From the NCBI GenBank assembly GCA_045588245.1, contig JAZNDW010000036.1, forward strand, positions 8,068 to 72,067: a stretch of DNA of 64,000 bases. The letters run 5' to 3'. The DNA is from Eubacteriales bacterium. GTDB lineage: Bacteria > Bacillota > Clostridia > Oscillospirales > CAG-272. Shown piece by piece: positions 37,669 through 47,984 of this stretch. Made by a program: the position numbers and the translations under genes. Within the stretch, counting starts at the first letter, position 1. Every line of letters starts with the position of its first letter. Below the pieces are notes generated by a model that worked only from the letters and a program-made list of their open reading frames with translations, was not told the DNA's origin and ran no database searches.

Positions 37669-39414
37669 TTATTCTGTTGCGCCCTCTTCGGGAACTTCTT
37701 CTACTGCGAAGTTTTCAGCATAGAAGGTAGAATACATATACGTTAAGCTGTATTCCCAGTCAGCAGCAATAAGCTGTGCTGCAAGTTCGCTTGCGGTAAG
37801 CTCGGAGTGAGCTTCGCTGAAGAATGTATCAACGTCTTCAAGCTTGGTAGCCATCAAACGCTCGTAAAGTCCCGCAGAAATGCTCGTTACCTCTGCAAAG
37901 TTAGCTGCATTTTCCTCATTCTTGAGGTTCGGGCAGTAGAGGAACGGGCTGGAGCCGGAAGCAAGGTTAGCCTGCTTTGCATCTTCCCATTCGTTGCCTG
38001 TCATGGTCTCATCAAAGTAAGCCATGTAGGTGTTACCTGTGTAGAGGATATTCATGGGATAGTCGTCGCTGATCTTTTCGATCGTCTTAAGACCGTTTTC
38101 ATCTTCGGATACTACTCTGTAGTGAGTATCTTCAACGCCGTACTGAAGGATGTTGCGGAGCTCGGGATCAGTGTTGAGAGCCGTGATAATTTCCATAGCG
38201 CGGTCGAGATTTTCAGTGTATTCGCTGACTGCAAATGCACCTGCGAATACGCTTTCCTGCGTTGCCATGGGATATTCGTAAACGGATACGTAGTAGTTCT
38301 CTTCGTATGCAGCGATATCGCTGTAGCTGCCGTCAACGACTGCAACTGCGAAGTTTTCACAGTTTTCGGGATCTGCTGCGATATATCCGCCTTCTTCGAG
38401 CGTCTTCATGAATTTGAAGTTGGACTTGTAAACGTTATTCTTGAAGATGCTTCCGATAGAGCCCTGAGAAGAAAAGCCGTTGGTGCTTCCGAGAACGGAT
38501 GCGATAGCGCTCCATTCGCCGTTTTCAGACCAATACGTCATACCTGCGGGTTCAACCCAAGAAAGAAGCGGAGTTACAACACTCATATCTTCATACATAA
38601 TAACGGCATCGAGGAAATCTCTGAGAGGAGCGATCGTACCGTCATTTACAACTGCAGACGCAAGTGTTTCGGGATTGTAGTGCAATTCGTCTACAAGCTC
38701 CTTATTAAGAAGGAGGAATTTGTAGTCGTCAACTCCGTGGTTGTTGGGGATAGCGTATGTAGTGCCGTTGAACTTTGCAGCCTCAAGGTACGTCGGATAA
38801 ATATAGCTCTTGAGAACCTTTGACGTGGAGTTGAGGTTTGTATCGAGCTCGTGCAGAGCACCGCGGTCGATAAGCTCAAGATATTCTGTATAGTCTGTGA
38901 TGAGGAAAATATCCATCTGATATTCGCCGACAGAGGGATATCTCTGCTCGGTTACGCCCCATTCGTTCTTGAATGTTTCAACTTCGGTAGTATCGGTAGG
39001 CAGAGCTGTCGTCTGTGTAGGAACCTTACCTTCAAGACGGAGGCTCTTTTCTTCTTCGCGGCGTTTCTGTTCAGCGATCTTATCGTCTTCAGCCTTCTTT
39101 TCGATCTTAGCAATGCGATCTTCTACAGCCTTGGCATAATTTTCCTCGGTGTAGATTTCGAGATCTATAGCCGTTGTGTAATTGGATTTAAGATATTCAT
39201 TCATAGCGTTCTCAACGAGAGCGACGGTTTCAGCATCGATTTCGGACTCGGCGGGAAGCCAAAAAGTAAGCGTAACGGGTGTGCGGTCGGTATCGGAAAG
39301 TTCTTCTTCACCTTCAACCGTGTCAACGTCGCCGCTATTGAGCGAGCAACTTGTCATTACGAATGACAGCATCATAATTACGCAAATAAACATGCATAAA
39401 AGCTTCTTGTTCAT
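37669..39414 (-). CDS. Large extracellular solute-binding-type lipoprotein (ABC SBP family 1-like) with a coiled-coil insertion
   Basis: The start is re-set to ATG 39414 (AGGAGA RBS). MNKKLLCMFICVIMMLSFVMTSCS is a lipobox signal. VTLTFWLP and TYAIPNN are SBP-like. No permease or ATPase gene is adjacent. Confidence 0.6.
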   Translation of the reverse strand: MNKKLLCMFICVIMMLSFVMTSCSLNSGDVDTVEGEEELSDTDRTPVTLTFWLPAESEIDAETVALVENAMNEYLKSNYTTAIDLEIYTEENYAKAVEDRIAKIEKKAEDDKIAEQKRREEEKSLRLEGKVPTQTTALPTDTTEVETFKNEWGVTEQRYPSVGEYQMDIFLITDYTEYLELIDRGALHELDTNLNSTSKVLKSYIYPTYLEAAKFNGTTYAIPNNHGVDDYKFLLLNKELVDELHYNPETLASAVVNDGTIAPLRDFLDAVIMYEDMSVVTPLLSWVEPAGMTYWSENGEWSAIASVLGSTNGFSSQGSIGSIFKNNVYKSNFKFMKTLEEGGYIAADPENCENFAVAVVDGSYSDIAAYEENYYVSVYEYPMATQESVFAGAFAVSEYTENLDRAMEIITALNTDPELRNILQYGVEDTHYRVVSEDENGLKTIEKISDDYPMNILYTGNTYMAYFDETMTGNEWEDAKQANLASGSSPFLYCPNLKNEENAANFAEVTSISAGLYERLMATKLEDVDTFFSEAHSELTASELAAQLIAADWEYSLTYMYSTFYAENFAVEEVPEEGATE

Positions 39415-39481
39415 GTGGAATTCTCCTAAAACATACTTGGTGTCGCACCATATAATCCGAGTGCATATAAACACCTATAAT

Positions 39482-39510
39482 ATTTTAACTCAATTAATCT
39501 AAACTGTCAA
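39482..39510 (-). promoter_or_regulatory. Sigma-A promoter of the solute-binding lipoprotein gene
   Basis: The minus strand reads TTGACA, 17-nt spacer, TAAAAT. Confidence 0.5.
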
Positions 39511-39693
39511 GCGATATTTATTATTATGATAAACAATATTATTCAACCTGCAAAGAATTACGTTACGAATTCTTCACATTTACGGTGCAACTTGAACAAT
39601 TTTCGAGAGTCAATTTTGTTGCTTTCGTCCATCTCTGTGTGCATTTTACACAATAACAAAAGCAAAAGTTTGTATAATACGACAACGGTCGTA

Positions 39694-40800
39694 TCAATCA
39701 AGGAAGTCGCGTAGGCGCTTGGAACGGCTGGGATGACGCAGTTTGCGGAGCGCTTTTGCCTCGATCTGACGGATACGTTCGCGGGTGATATTGAATTCTC
39801 TGCCAACCTCTTCAAGAGTTCTCGTTTTTCCGTCATCAAGACCGAAGCGGCGCTTGAGAACGAGCTCTTCACGTGGGGTAAGCGTATGCAGGACCTCTGC
39901 AAGCTGTTCGCGTAAAACCGCATAGGAAGCAGCTTCAGGCGGTGCGGGAGACTCCTGGTCCTCAATAAAATCTCCGAGATGCGAGTCTTCTTCTTCGCCG
40001 ATAGGTGTTTCAAGAGAAACGGGATCCTGCGCGATCTTCATGATCTCGCGGACTTTTTCGGGCGTCATGTTGAGCTTTTCCGCGATCTCTTCTGCCGTTG
40101 CTTCGTGTCCGTTTTCCTGAAGAAGCTGACGGGAATAGCGGGAAACCTTATGGATCGTTTCAACCATGTGAACGGGGATACGGATCGTACGTGCCTGATC
40201 TGCGATGGCACGTGTGATTGCCTGACGGATCCACCACGTTGCGTAAGTCGAGAATTTATAGCCTTTCGTGTAATCGAACTTATCAACTGCCTTCATCAAG
40301 CCAAGGTTGCCCTCTTGGATAAGATCAAGGAAGAACATTCCCTTTCCGACGTAACGCTTGGCGATACTTACAACAAGACGCAGATTCGCAACAACGAGAT
40401 CGTTTTTAGCCTGTTCATCACCCTCTGCCATACGCATCGCAAGCTCAAGCTCACGCTCCGAATCGAGCAGCGGAACTTTACCGATCTCCTTCAGATACAT
40501 TCTGACAGGGTCATCGATCGAAAGGCCCTCCTGCGTGAGTGCCTTTTCCATATCTTCGGCGCTTCCCATGCGTCCGACTTCGGATTCGATCTCTTCAAAG
40601 TCAGCCGTTTCGGTTTCTATGCCGATGCCGCTCGTTTCAAGAGTGTCGTAAAGTTTTTCGATTCTGTCAAGGTCGTTATCCGCAAAATCTTCATCTGCAA
40701 AAGCTTCGTCGATGTCGCTCTGCGTAACCGTTCCCTTTTCTTTTCCTTTTTCGATAAGCTCCTGTTCTTTTGTAAGCTTAACGTTGTCCTTTTCTTCCAT
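39694..40800 (-). CDS. rpoD: Primary RNA polymerase sigma factor
   Basis: 368 aa. It has [27 protein letters not shown] (region 2.4/3) and a region 4 [22 protein letters not shown]. Confidence 0.95.
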   Translation of the reverse strand: MEEKDNVKLTKEQELIEKGKEKGTVTQSDIDEAFADEDFADNDLDRIEKLYDTLETSGIGIETETADFEEIESEVGRMGSAEDMEKALTQEGLSIDDPVRMYLKEIGKVPLLDSERELELAMRMAEGDEQAKNDLVVANLRLVVSIAKRYVGKGMFFLDLIQEGNLGLMKAVDKFDYTKGYKFSTYATWWIRQAITRAIADQARTIRIPVHMVETIHKVSRYSRQLLQENGHEATAEEIAEKLNMTPEKVREIMKIAQDPVSLETPIGEEEDSHLGDFIEDQESPAPPEAASYAVLREQLAEVLHTLTPREELVLKRRFGLDDGKTRTLEEVGREFNITRERIRQIEAKALRKLRHPSRSKRLRDFLD

Positions 40801-40878
40801 TGTTACCTCCGTTCCGCCGCACCGCGGCGGTTGATTTATCCTTCTTAAAAAATTACTGCGTGTTTTGCGGTATACCGC

Positions 40879-42651
40879 TTATGTATCGCTGTTTTTCTTG
40901 TTTTTTTCGCGCAAGCGTTTGATCGTGTCAAACGCATCCTCGCCTTTTTTGTCTGCACGTCCGCGCTCCGTTTTAAGAGCCTTGACGTTTTGCAGATAAA
41001 CGTTTTTGTCGTTATTCAGCTTTTGTCTGTCGAGCGCAAGCTTTGATATACGGGACACTTCTTCCTGCGAAAACTCGCCCGAAAGCGCCCCAAAGTCAAA
41101 GCTTTCGGATTCACGGTATATCTCCGTAATGGCGCGGAAGACGCGCTTTCCGAATTCCGTTCCGAAATCTTCGACAGCAAGTGCACCGTCGCCCTCGGAA
41201 ACAGCCGCTTTTATATATTCCGGATATGCCACAAGCATACCGAGCACGACTTCCTCGCAGCTTGCGCGGCGAAGCTGAGTCAGCTTATCGCGGTTTATCC
41301 TGTCGCCGTAACCTGCGGTTTCGCGCAAAAGCTCCTCAGATTCGTCTTTTTTCTTCGCACGGCGCTTTTTATTTATAATGAACAAAACGTCGCTTTTTAT
41401 ACTTTCCTCGGAAATTCCAAGCGCTGCGGACGCCTGATGTATATAAACCTCACGTTCAACGCCGCTGTATATGCCTGCAATATATTCGTTGATCTCGCGC
41501 AAAGCGCGGATCTTTTCTTCGTCGGTTGAAACGTCGTACTTGGCAAGGATACCCGACATGACGTGATTGAACTTCGTGCTGCTTGCGGCAAGTGCATCGC
41601 GGAACTTGTCCACACCGTATTTTTTGATAAACTCATCCGGGTCCTTTGCCCCTTTGAGCCGCAGGATCCGCACATCAAGTCCCGTTTCCGTCAACAGATC
41701 GATCGCGCGCGAAGCGGCACGTTTGCCCGCTTCGTCGCTGTCATAGCAAATAACGACGCGCTTGGTATGCTTTGCCATAAGGCGCGCCTGCTCCGACGTA
41801 AGCGCCGTTCCGAGTGTTGCGACGGCGTTTTCGACTCCTGCGTTATGAAGTGCGATAACGTCCATATATCCCTCGCAAAGTATCAGCTCCTCGGCACAAT
41901 GCTCTTTCGCGTAATTGAGCGCATACAAGGTCTTGCTCTTCTTGAAGGCGGGGGTATCCGACGAGTTGAGATATTTCGGCTCGCCGTCGCCCATGATCCT
42001 TCCTCCGAACGCAACTACGCGCCCCGACGTGTCGATTATCGGGAACATTACACGTCCGCGAAACATATCATACGGCTTACCCGTGCGATCGCTGTACTTT
42101 GAAAGAAATCCCGCAACGAGCTCGTCCGTCGTATAACCTTTTTTACGCATATAATTGCTCATCTCAAAACCTTCGGGCGCATATCCGAGCCCGAAGCGTT
42201 TGATTATAGCGGAGGACAGTCCGCGTCTGATAAGATAGTCGCGTGCTTGTTTGCCTGCACGCTCATCGAAAAGGCGGTCGCGGTAAAACCTTGCCGCCTC
42301 GCGGTTCATCTCAAATATGCGGTTTCGGCTGACCGTCGTTTGTCCTCCCACACTGTCCGTCGGGAGCTTGACTCCCGCTCGGTCGGCAAGAAGCGTCAAC
42401 GCTTCGATATATGATAAATTTTCAATGTTCATTATGAAGGAAACGACGTCTCCGCCGGCGCCGCAACCGAAGCAGTAATAGCTTTGCGTTGCGGGGAAAA
42501 CAGTGAACGACGGTGTTCGTTCGGAATGAAACGGACACGAACCGGAAAAATTGCTTCCGGCGCGCTTCAGATTCACATATCGCGAAATGACCTCTTCGAT
42601 ATCGCACCGCTCTTTTATTTCCTCAATAACGCTTACCGGTATTCTCGGCAT
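40879..42651 (-). CDS. dnaG: DNA primase
   Basis: It has CPFHSERTPSFTVFPATQSYYCFGCGAGGDVV (zinc finger) and a TOPRIM domain, ILCEGYMDVIAL. Confidence 0.95.
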   Translation of the reverse strand: MPRIPVSVIEEIKERCDIEEVISRYVNLKRAGSNFSGSCPFHSERTPSFTVFPATQSYYCFGCGAGGDVVSFIMNIENLSYIEALTLLADRAGVKLPTDSVGGQTTVSRNRIFEMNREAARFYRDRLFDERAGKQARDYLIRRGLSSAIIKRFGLGYAPEGFEMSNYMRKKGYTTDELVAGFLSKYSDRTGKPYDMFRGRVMFPIIDTSGRVVAFGGRIMGDGEPKYLNSSDTPAFKKSKTLYALNYAKEHCAEELILCEGYMDVIALHNAGVENAVATLGTALTSEQARLMAKHTKRVVICYDSDEAGKRAASRAIDLLTETGLDVRILRLKGAKDPDEFIKKYGVDKFRDALAASSTKFNHVMSGILAKYDVSTDEEKIRALREINEYIAGIYSGVEREVYIHQASAALGISEESIKSDVLFIINKKRRAKKKDESEELLRETAGYGDRINRDKLTQLRRASCEEVVLGMLVAYPEYIKAAVSEGDGALAVEDFGTEFGKRVFRAITEIYRESESFDFGALSGEFSQEEVSRISKLALDRQKLNNDKNVYLQNVKALKTERGRADKKGEDAFDTIKRLREKNKKNSDT

Positions 42652-42682
42652 TTAATCTTTCCTTTCGATAAATATGTCACTT

Positions 42683-43708
42683 TTAGAATTCGGAAACACC
42701 GCGCCAGGCTTCGGGAATGAACAGCTCGCGGTATTTGTCTATGGCATATCTGTCCGTCATGGCGGAAAGGTAATCGCACACGGCGCGTTCCGTTCCCTCT
42801 TTTTCCGCGATTGTCAGGTAAAATTGCGGCATCTTTTCAGGATACTTACAGAAGTAATCGTAAAGCCGTGCCAACAGCTCGCGTGCTTTGTTTTCCTCCG
42901 TCTTCGCCGCGCTGTCAATATAAACGTGATCGAACAGGAATTTTCGCAACTCCATCGTAGCGTCGTAAACATCCTTTACCATCGTGATCTCGTTTTTATC
43001 CGTTGACGCATCGACAACGGCGGTCACCATCGTGTTTATTCTGACGGAATGCGATTCGCCGAGAACCTCGCGCAGATGCTTCGGTATATCGTCAATACAC
43101 AGAATACCGCCGCGTATAGCGTCGTCGATATCGTGGTTTATGTATGCGATCCTATCTGCAAATTTGACTATTCTGCCCTCAAGAGTTGACGCTTGGTTAT
43201 CCCCTGAATGATTGAGTATACCGTCGCGCACCTCCCAGGTGAGATTGAGCCCTTTACCATCCTTTTCGAGCACTTCAACGACGCGGACACTCTGTTTATA
43301 GTGCGTAAACTCAGGATCGTAGCACTTCTGCATAACGGTCTCACCCGCGTGACCGAACGGTGTATGTCCGAGGTCATGTCCGAGGGCGGCAGCTTCCGTC
43401 AAGTCCTCATTAAGACGGAGCGCGCGGCAGATGATACGCGCTATCTGCGTGACCTCAAGCGTATGCGTCATGCGCGTGCGGTAGTGTTCGTCCGTCGGGA
43501 ACAAGAAGACCTGAGTTTTATGCATAAGGCGGCGGAAGGATTTGCTGTGCAGGATCTTATCGCGATCGCGCTGAAATTCCGTCCTGTTGACGCACGGAAC
43601 GTATTCGCGGTCGCGTCCGCGCGTGTTTTCGGTCAAAAATGCGTATTTGGACAAAAATCCGCGCTCTCGTTCGAGAAATATATCACATACGTTCTTATGT
43701 TCCGACAT
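42683..43708 (-). CDS. dgt: dGTP triphosphohydrolase-like HD-domain protein
   Basis: The start is re-set to ATG 43708 (GGAGG RBS). It has RTRMTHTLEVTQIAR and AAALGHDLGHTPFGH. Confidence 0.85.
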   Translation of the reverse strand: MSEHKNVCDIFLERERGFLSKYAFLTENTRGRDREYVPCVNRTEFQRDRDKILHSKSFRRLMHKTQVFLFPTDEHYRTRMTHTLEVTQIARIICRALRLNEDLTEAAALGHDLGHTPFGHAGETVMQKCYDPEFTHYKQSVRVVEVLEKDGKGLNLTWEVRDGILNHSGDNQASTLEGRIVKFADRIAYINHDIDDAIRGGILCIDDIPKHLREVLGESHSVRINTMVTAVVDASTDKNEITMVKDVYDATMELRKFLFDHVYIDSAAKTEENKARELLARLYDYFCKYPEKMPQFYLTIAEKEGTERAVCDYLSAMTDRYAIDKYRELFIPEAWRGVSEF

Positions 43709-43844
43709 AGTTGACCTCCGACACAGTTGTTTTTTCAAAAGCAATTTTTGCTTACAATATAAATATACGCAAGTGTTTTGAAAAACACTTGCGTAATTTA
43801 GAAATATTCGATTATTTTTTGCATAAAACGTGTATCTGCACCGA

Positions 43845-44495
43845 TTATGCGTCAAATCTTTCACCTGTCACCGTAATACCGATACGTCCCGCGCCGAGTT
43901 CGGAGATTTTCTTTGTCAGTTCGTCGAGTACCGTACGTTTGACAGCGATATTAACCGTCACCGAAGCACCGAAATCGACAGAGTCTGTCTTTGCGCCATG
44001 GCGCGGAAGCTCGTAGGTGAGCTTCTGATAATCGGAATAGGATGCAGTGACGGTCAGCTCGGTGTAACATTCGTACGTTACGACCTCCGCTTCGGCTATC
44101 GCAAGCTTTGCCCCCTCCGTATACGCGCGGACGAGTCCGCCCGTTCCGAGAAGTATGCCGCCGAAATACCGCGTCACAACGACGGCAGCGTCAACGGCAC
44201 CCGAGCCTTTGATAACACTCAGAATCGGAAGCCCCGCGGTGCCTTGCGGTTCACCGTCATCCGAATAGCGTGCGATGTTCCCTTCCTTTAATGAATACGC
44301 CCAGCAGTTGTGGCGTGCGTCGGAATACTCTTTTTTTATCGACGCCACAAACGCTTTCGCCTCGTCTTCGCTCGTCACACGCATGGCATGACCGATAAAA
44401 ACGGATTTGCGCTCCTCAAACTCCGCCGAGCCGCGCTGACGCAGAGTCGTATATGTTATTGCCTCGTTTGTCGGTTCGGTTGAATTCTTTTTCAT
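43845..44495 (-). CDS. yigZ: YigZ / IMPACT-family protein
   Basis: It has ERKSVFIGHA and YSDARHNCWAY, followed by a C-terminal DUF1949-like segment. Confidence 0.85.
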   Translation of the reverse strand: MKKNSTEPTNEAITYTTLRQRGSAEFEERKSVFIGHAMRVTSEDEAKAFVASIKKEYSDARHNCWAYSLKEGNIARYSDDGEPQGTAGLPILSVIKGSGAVDAAVVVTRYFGGILLGTGGLVRAYTEGAKLAIAEAEVVTYECYTELTVTASYSDYQKLTYELPRHGAKTDSVDFGASVTVNIAVKRTVLDELTKKISELGAGRIGITVTGERFDA

Positions 44496-44524
44496 CGGAA
44501 TAAGATCCTTTCGGAGATTGACTT

Positions 44525-45823
44525 TTATTCGGCAAGATACTGTGTAAGCTGTCCGCGAAGTGCATCGTCCGTCACGGCGGTGACGCGGACGGAGCCGTCT
44601 GCATTATATTCAATGTCCTTCACTTCACCCGAACGGTATAGCTTTGATACCATTCCCGACGCCTGTGGCGGAAAGACGAACACAGACACGCGCTTCAGTG
44701 CGCGGATCTCCGCTTCAAGCTTTTCTATAAGCGCACCGACGCCCTCACCCGTTGCCGCGGACATATAGACCGTCGTTTTATCGGCAGAAATGCGAGGTGC
44801 GGAATTTGCCTGTTTGTCGCATTTGTTGAAAGCGTAGATCAGCGGTTTTCCCTCCGCTCCGAGAGAATGGAGCAGCTCTTCTGTGACCTCGATGTGACTT
44901 TCGTACTCGGGGTCCGACGCATCGATCACGATAAGGATAATATCCGCATAGACCGCCTCGTCAAGCGTCGATTTGAACGCCTTTATAAGATGGTGCGGCA
45001 GCTTGCGTATAAATCCGACCGTATCGGTCAGGAGTATTTCCTGCCCTGACGGCAGCTTATACTTGCGCGTCGTGGGATCAAGCGTTGCGAACAGCTTGTC
45101 CTCCGCCAAAATCCCCGCGTCTGTAAGGCGGTTGAGAAGCGTCGACTTGCCGGCGTTCGTATATCCGACGATCGACACGCGCAAAAGTCCGCTTCTGTCG
45201 CGTGCGGCTCTCATCGTTGAGCGCGTGCGCTCAAGCTCGCGTATCTGCGCTTCAAGCGCTGCTATACGCGTTTTCATGCGGCGGCGGTCTATCTCAAGCT
45301 TCGTTTCGCCGGGACCTCTCGTTCCGATAGGATTACCGCCGACAGCACCCTGACGCGACATTTCCGTTCCGTGTCCGGTAAGTCTCGGTGCGGAATATTT
45401 GAGCTGTGCCAGCTCGACCTGAAGCTTACCCTCGCCCGTTACGGCGTGCTGTGCGAAAATATCCAAAATGAGCATACTGCGGTCGATGACGGTCACGTCC
45501 CCGCCGAGCTCGTCTTCAATATTTCGTATTTGTGACGGCGAAAGCTCGTCATCAAATATGACAAGGTCGATACTCTCGCGTTCGCAAAGCTCACAAAGCT
45601 CCTCCGTCTTGCCGGAACCGATGTAGGTGCGTTTATCGGGCGAGGTTCGGCTTTGCGTCATGCGGACGACAACGTCCGCGCCTGCCGTATCCGCTAACGC
45701 TTCCAGCTCGGATAGCGAGATCATCATTTCTTCTTCTGTTACGTTATAGCCGTCAAATACGCCGACTGTCACGGCGCGGCGGCGGCTCTCTTCCGTATTA
45801 TTCAAAGTTTCCAAATCTTTCAT
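44525..45823 (-). CDS. hflX: Ribosome-associated GTPase HflX
   Basis: It has VGYTNAGKSTLLNRLT (G1), LTDTVGFI (G3) and FNKCD (G4). Confidence 0.93.
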   Translation of the reverse strand: MKDLETLNNTEESRRRAVTVGVFDGYNVTEEEMMISLSELEALADTAGADVVVRMTQSRTSPDKRTYIGSGKTEELCELCERESIDLVIFDDELSPSQIRNIEDELGGDVTVIDRSMLILDIFAQHAVTGEGKLQVELAQLKYSAPRLTGHGTEMSRQGAVGGNPIGTRGPGETKLEIDRRRMKTRIAALEAQIRELERTRSTMRAARDRSGLLRVSIVGYTNAGKSTLLNRLTDAGILAEDKLFATLDPTTRKYKLPSGQEILLTDTVGFIRKLPHHLIKAFKSTLDEAVYADIILIVIDASDPEYESHIEVTEELLHSLGAEGKPLIYAFNKCDKQANSAPRISADKTTVYMSAATGEGVGALIEKLEAEIRALKRVSVFVFPPQASGMVSKLYRSGEVKDIEYNADGSVRVTAVTDDALRGQLTQYLAE

Positions 45824-45842
45824 AATATGTCCGTCACCTCCG

Positions 45843-45892
45843 TAAAAAAATAAAAAAACAGGTGTTACACGGTTAAATGCGCGTGTAACACC
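45843..45892 (-). terminator. Rho-independent terminator after rpmE, ending ~20 nt before the hflX start codon
   Basis: The minus strand has GGTGTTACACG-10 nt-CGTGTAACACC (a perfect 11-bp stem). T7-A-T7 follows, then GGAGGTG (the hflX RBS). Confidence 0.8.
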
Positions 45893-45922
45893 CTCGGCTG
45901 CACATATTACAGATATGCGAAA

Positions 45923-46129
45923 TTACTTGCCGCTTGCCTCGAGACGACGCTTGAACTTGTCAACACGTCCGCCCGTATCCACGAACTTCTGTTTGCCCGT
46001 GAAGAACGGATGGCATTTGGAGCAGATTTCAACGCGCATATCGCCCTTGGTGGATCTTGTTACGACGGTCTCGCCGCAAGCGCATTTAATGGTGCATTCC
46101 TTATAGTCAGGATGAATACCCTTCTTCAT
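45923..46129 (-). CDS. rpmE: 50S ribosomal protein L31 (Zn-binding type A)
   Basis: The start is re-set to ATG 46129 (GGGGGA RBS). The sequence reads [33 protein letters not shown]. Confidence 0.95.
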   Translation of the reverse strand: MKKGIHPDYKECTIKCACGETVVTRSTKGDMRVEICSKCHPFFTGKQKFVDTGGRVDKFKRRLEASGK

Positions 46130-46175
46130 TTTGCTCTGTCCCCCTTCTGTAACTTTTTCATTCACAATGCAACGT

Positions 46176-46204
46176 ATTATAACACGTTATTTCGAAAAAT
46201 GCAA
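46176..46204 (-). promoter_or_regulatory. Sigma-A promoter (extended -10) of rpmE
   Basis: The minus strand reads TTGCAT, 17-nt spacer, TATAAT preceded by TGt. Confidence 0.6.
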
Positions 46205-46262
46205 TAGCTTTTTTCATTTTTTCAAAACTTTTTGGAAATTCTTTTTTTACCGAAAAAACGCT

Positions 46263-46991
46263 CTACATCTTCTGTCCGATATCGTCACGCAGCTCGCTTA
46301 ATATCTTTTTTTCAAGCCTTGAAATATACGACTGCGAGATGCCGAGCATCTCCGCTACCTCCGCCTGCGTGCGCTCCCGACCGCCTGAAAGACCGAACCT
46401 TAACGTTATGATCACACGCTCTCGCTCGGGCAAGCGTTCGACGGCGAGCCGCAGAAGCTTATAGTCTTCGTCGTGCTCGATGCAGTCGTAGACCTCGTCC
46501 TCGCCGCAAGATAAAACGTCGGACAACAGTAGCTCGTTTCCGTCCCAATCGACTCGGAGCGGCTCGTCTATCGAAACGTCCGCACGTTTACCCGAATTTT
46601 TTCGTATATACATCAGTATCTCGTTTTCTATACATCGCGACGCATAAGTAGCAAGCTTGATATTTTTATCGCTTTTGAAGGTATTTATCGCTTTGATAAG
46701 ACCTATTGTGCCGATACTGACCAGATCTTCGATATCAACTCCCGTATTTTCAAATTTTTTCGCTATATAAACAACGAGCCGCAGATTTCTTTCGATCAGC
46801 ACTCGCGACGCTTCCTCGTCCTCGCCGAGCTTGCTTATCACCTCCGCTTCTTCCGTCGGTGACAGAGGCGGCGGCAACGTATCCGCACCGTTAATATAGT
46901 ATTGCTCACCGTCGCGGATAAAGTCAAATATCCGCCGCACCGCATCGCGCAGGTGATATAAAAACACCGTTATCTTTTCACCGAACGTCAT
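46263..46991 (-). CDS. sigE: Sporulation sigma factor E (pro-sigma-E)
   Basis: The start is re-set to ATG 46991 (AAAGGGGGA RBS). [64 protein letters not shown] and [12 protein letters not shown] closely parallel Bacillus SigE. Confidence 0.92.
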   Translation of the reverse strand: MTFGEKITVFLYHLRDAVRRIFDFIRDGEQYYINGADTLPPPLSPTEEAEVISKLGEDEEASRVLIERNLRLVVYIAKKFENTGVDIEDLVSIGTIGLIKAINTFKSDKNIKLATYASRCIENEILMYIRKNSGKRADVSIDEPLRVDWDGNELLLSDVLSCGEDEVYDCIEHDEDYKLLRLAVERLPERERVIITLRFGLSGGRERTQAEVAEMLGISQSYISRLEKKILSELRDDIGQKM

Positions 46992-47019
46992 ACCGTCCCC
47001 CTTTGTTATTACACAAAAT

Positions 47020-47871
47020 TCACAATAGTTCCGCAGGAATAATTGCGTCGTGACCGCCAAAATCACCGTCGATACGGCTGATCGCAAGAAAGCAGTCAAC
47101 ATTTCTTCTGCCTCTGTGCGAGCTGACCGTAACTTCATCCGGGCGGTAACCGAGTAAAATACCATCGCCCGCAACCCCGGAAACGGGAAGGATCCTGATC
47201 CTTGAGAGCAGCGACGGCGATATTGATTCAACGGCAAGCGCCGTATCGTCCGCCAAAGCGGCGGCTATGACCTCCGCAGGTAACACCTCCGCCACAGTAT
47301 TGGCACGGACTACGAGAGCAGGACGCCCCGACAGCGGCTCACGAAGAAAGCTTCCGCTGTCGGCAAGCGCCGACAGCGTGCGCGATCTGCCGCCGTCAAC
47401 AACGGTGACTCTCCGCGTGCCTGCGAATGAACGTCTCCCTGCAATTCTGCCTGCGGCGGCGGTGATCGCTGCCGCCGTTGCGGCGACGGAGAAAAGAAGC
47501 TCTCCGCCCTCCGTACCGCCATTGAGCGAATCACGGTATCCTCTGCCGACAGACGAGATCGCCGTCATCGCGCCGCCAAGCGCGGAGCCGACGGCGAACA
47601 TTAGCACCGACGCACCGAAATATCCGAAAGCACCCGCTTTTTTATATGCGCATACGCACATAGATCCGCAAACTGCAACAGACGCCACACCGTATACCAC
47701 GCCATCCATATCAAAGATCAGTGCCGCCGTCGCAAACGCGGCACCGAGCGATGCTGACAGACACATCCTCCACGTCACCATGGATAACGACATCAGCCGT
47801 CCCGTTATGTAAAGCGTTACAAAATCAAGGCTCCAGTTAACGATGAAAAGAACGTCAGCGTATACGGTCAC
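47020..47871 (-). CDS. spoIIGA: Sigma-E processing peptidase SpoIIGA
   Basis: An in-frame GTG at 47871 follows [34 protein letters not shown] begins the membrane domain. Its position directly upstream of sigE supports the call. Confidence 0.8.
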   Translation of the reverse strand: MTVYADVLFIVNWSLDFVTLYITGRLMSLSMVTWRMCLSASLGAAFATAALIFDMDGVVYGVASVAVCGSMCVCAYKKAGAFGYFGASVLMFAVGSALGGAMTAISSVGRGYRDSLNGGTEGGELLFSVAATAAAITAAAGRIAGRRSFAGTRRVTVVDGGRSRTLSALADSGSFLREPLSGRPALVVRANTVAEVLPAEVIAAALADDTALAVESISPSLLSRIRILPVSGVAGDGILLGYRPDEVTVSSHRGRRNVDCFLAISRIDGDFGGHDAIIPAELL

Positions 47872-47907
47872 GTCCCTACCCCCTTTCGTCCGAGCAATAA
47901 AAGTATA

Positions 47908-47945
47908 GCCCACCCGACGCGCGAATCGAGTCGCATCGGGTGGGC
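47908..47945 (-). terminator. Stem-loop between the DUF1015 gene and spoIIGA (probable terminator with a weak U tract)
   Basis: GCCCACCCGA / TCGGGTGGGC, a 10-bp stem. Confidence 0.45.
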
Positions 47946-47984
47946 ATATCTGCTCTATTTATAACGATTTTATAGTGGGAACGG

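Noticed and set aside
39979-40848. 289-aa plus-strand ORF opposite rpoD. Similar cases are 5996-6820, 37807-38823, 27751-28323 and 22821-23582.
   Set aside because: All lie antisense to genes with unambiguous identities and lack start-site signals.
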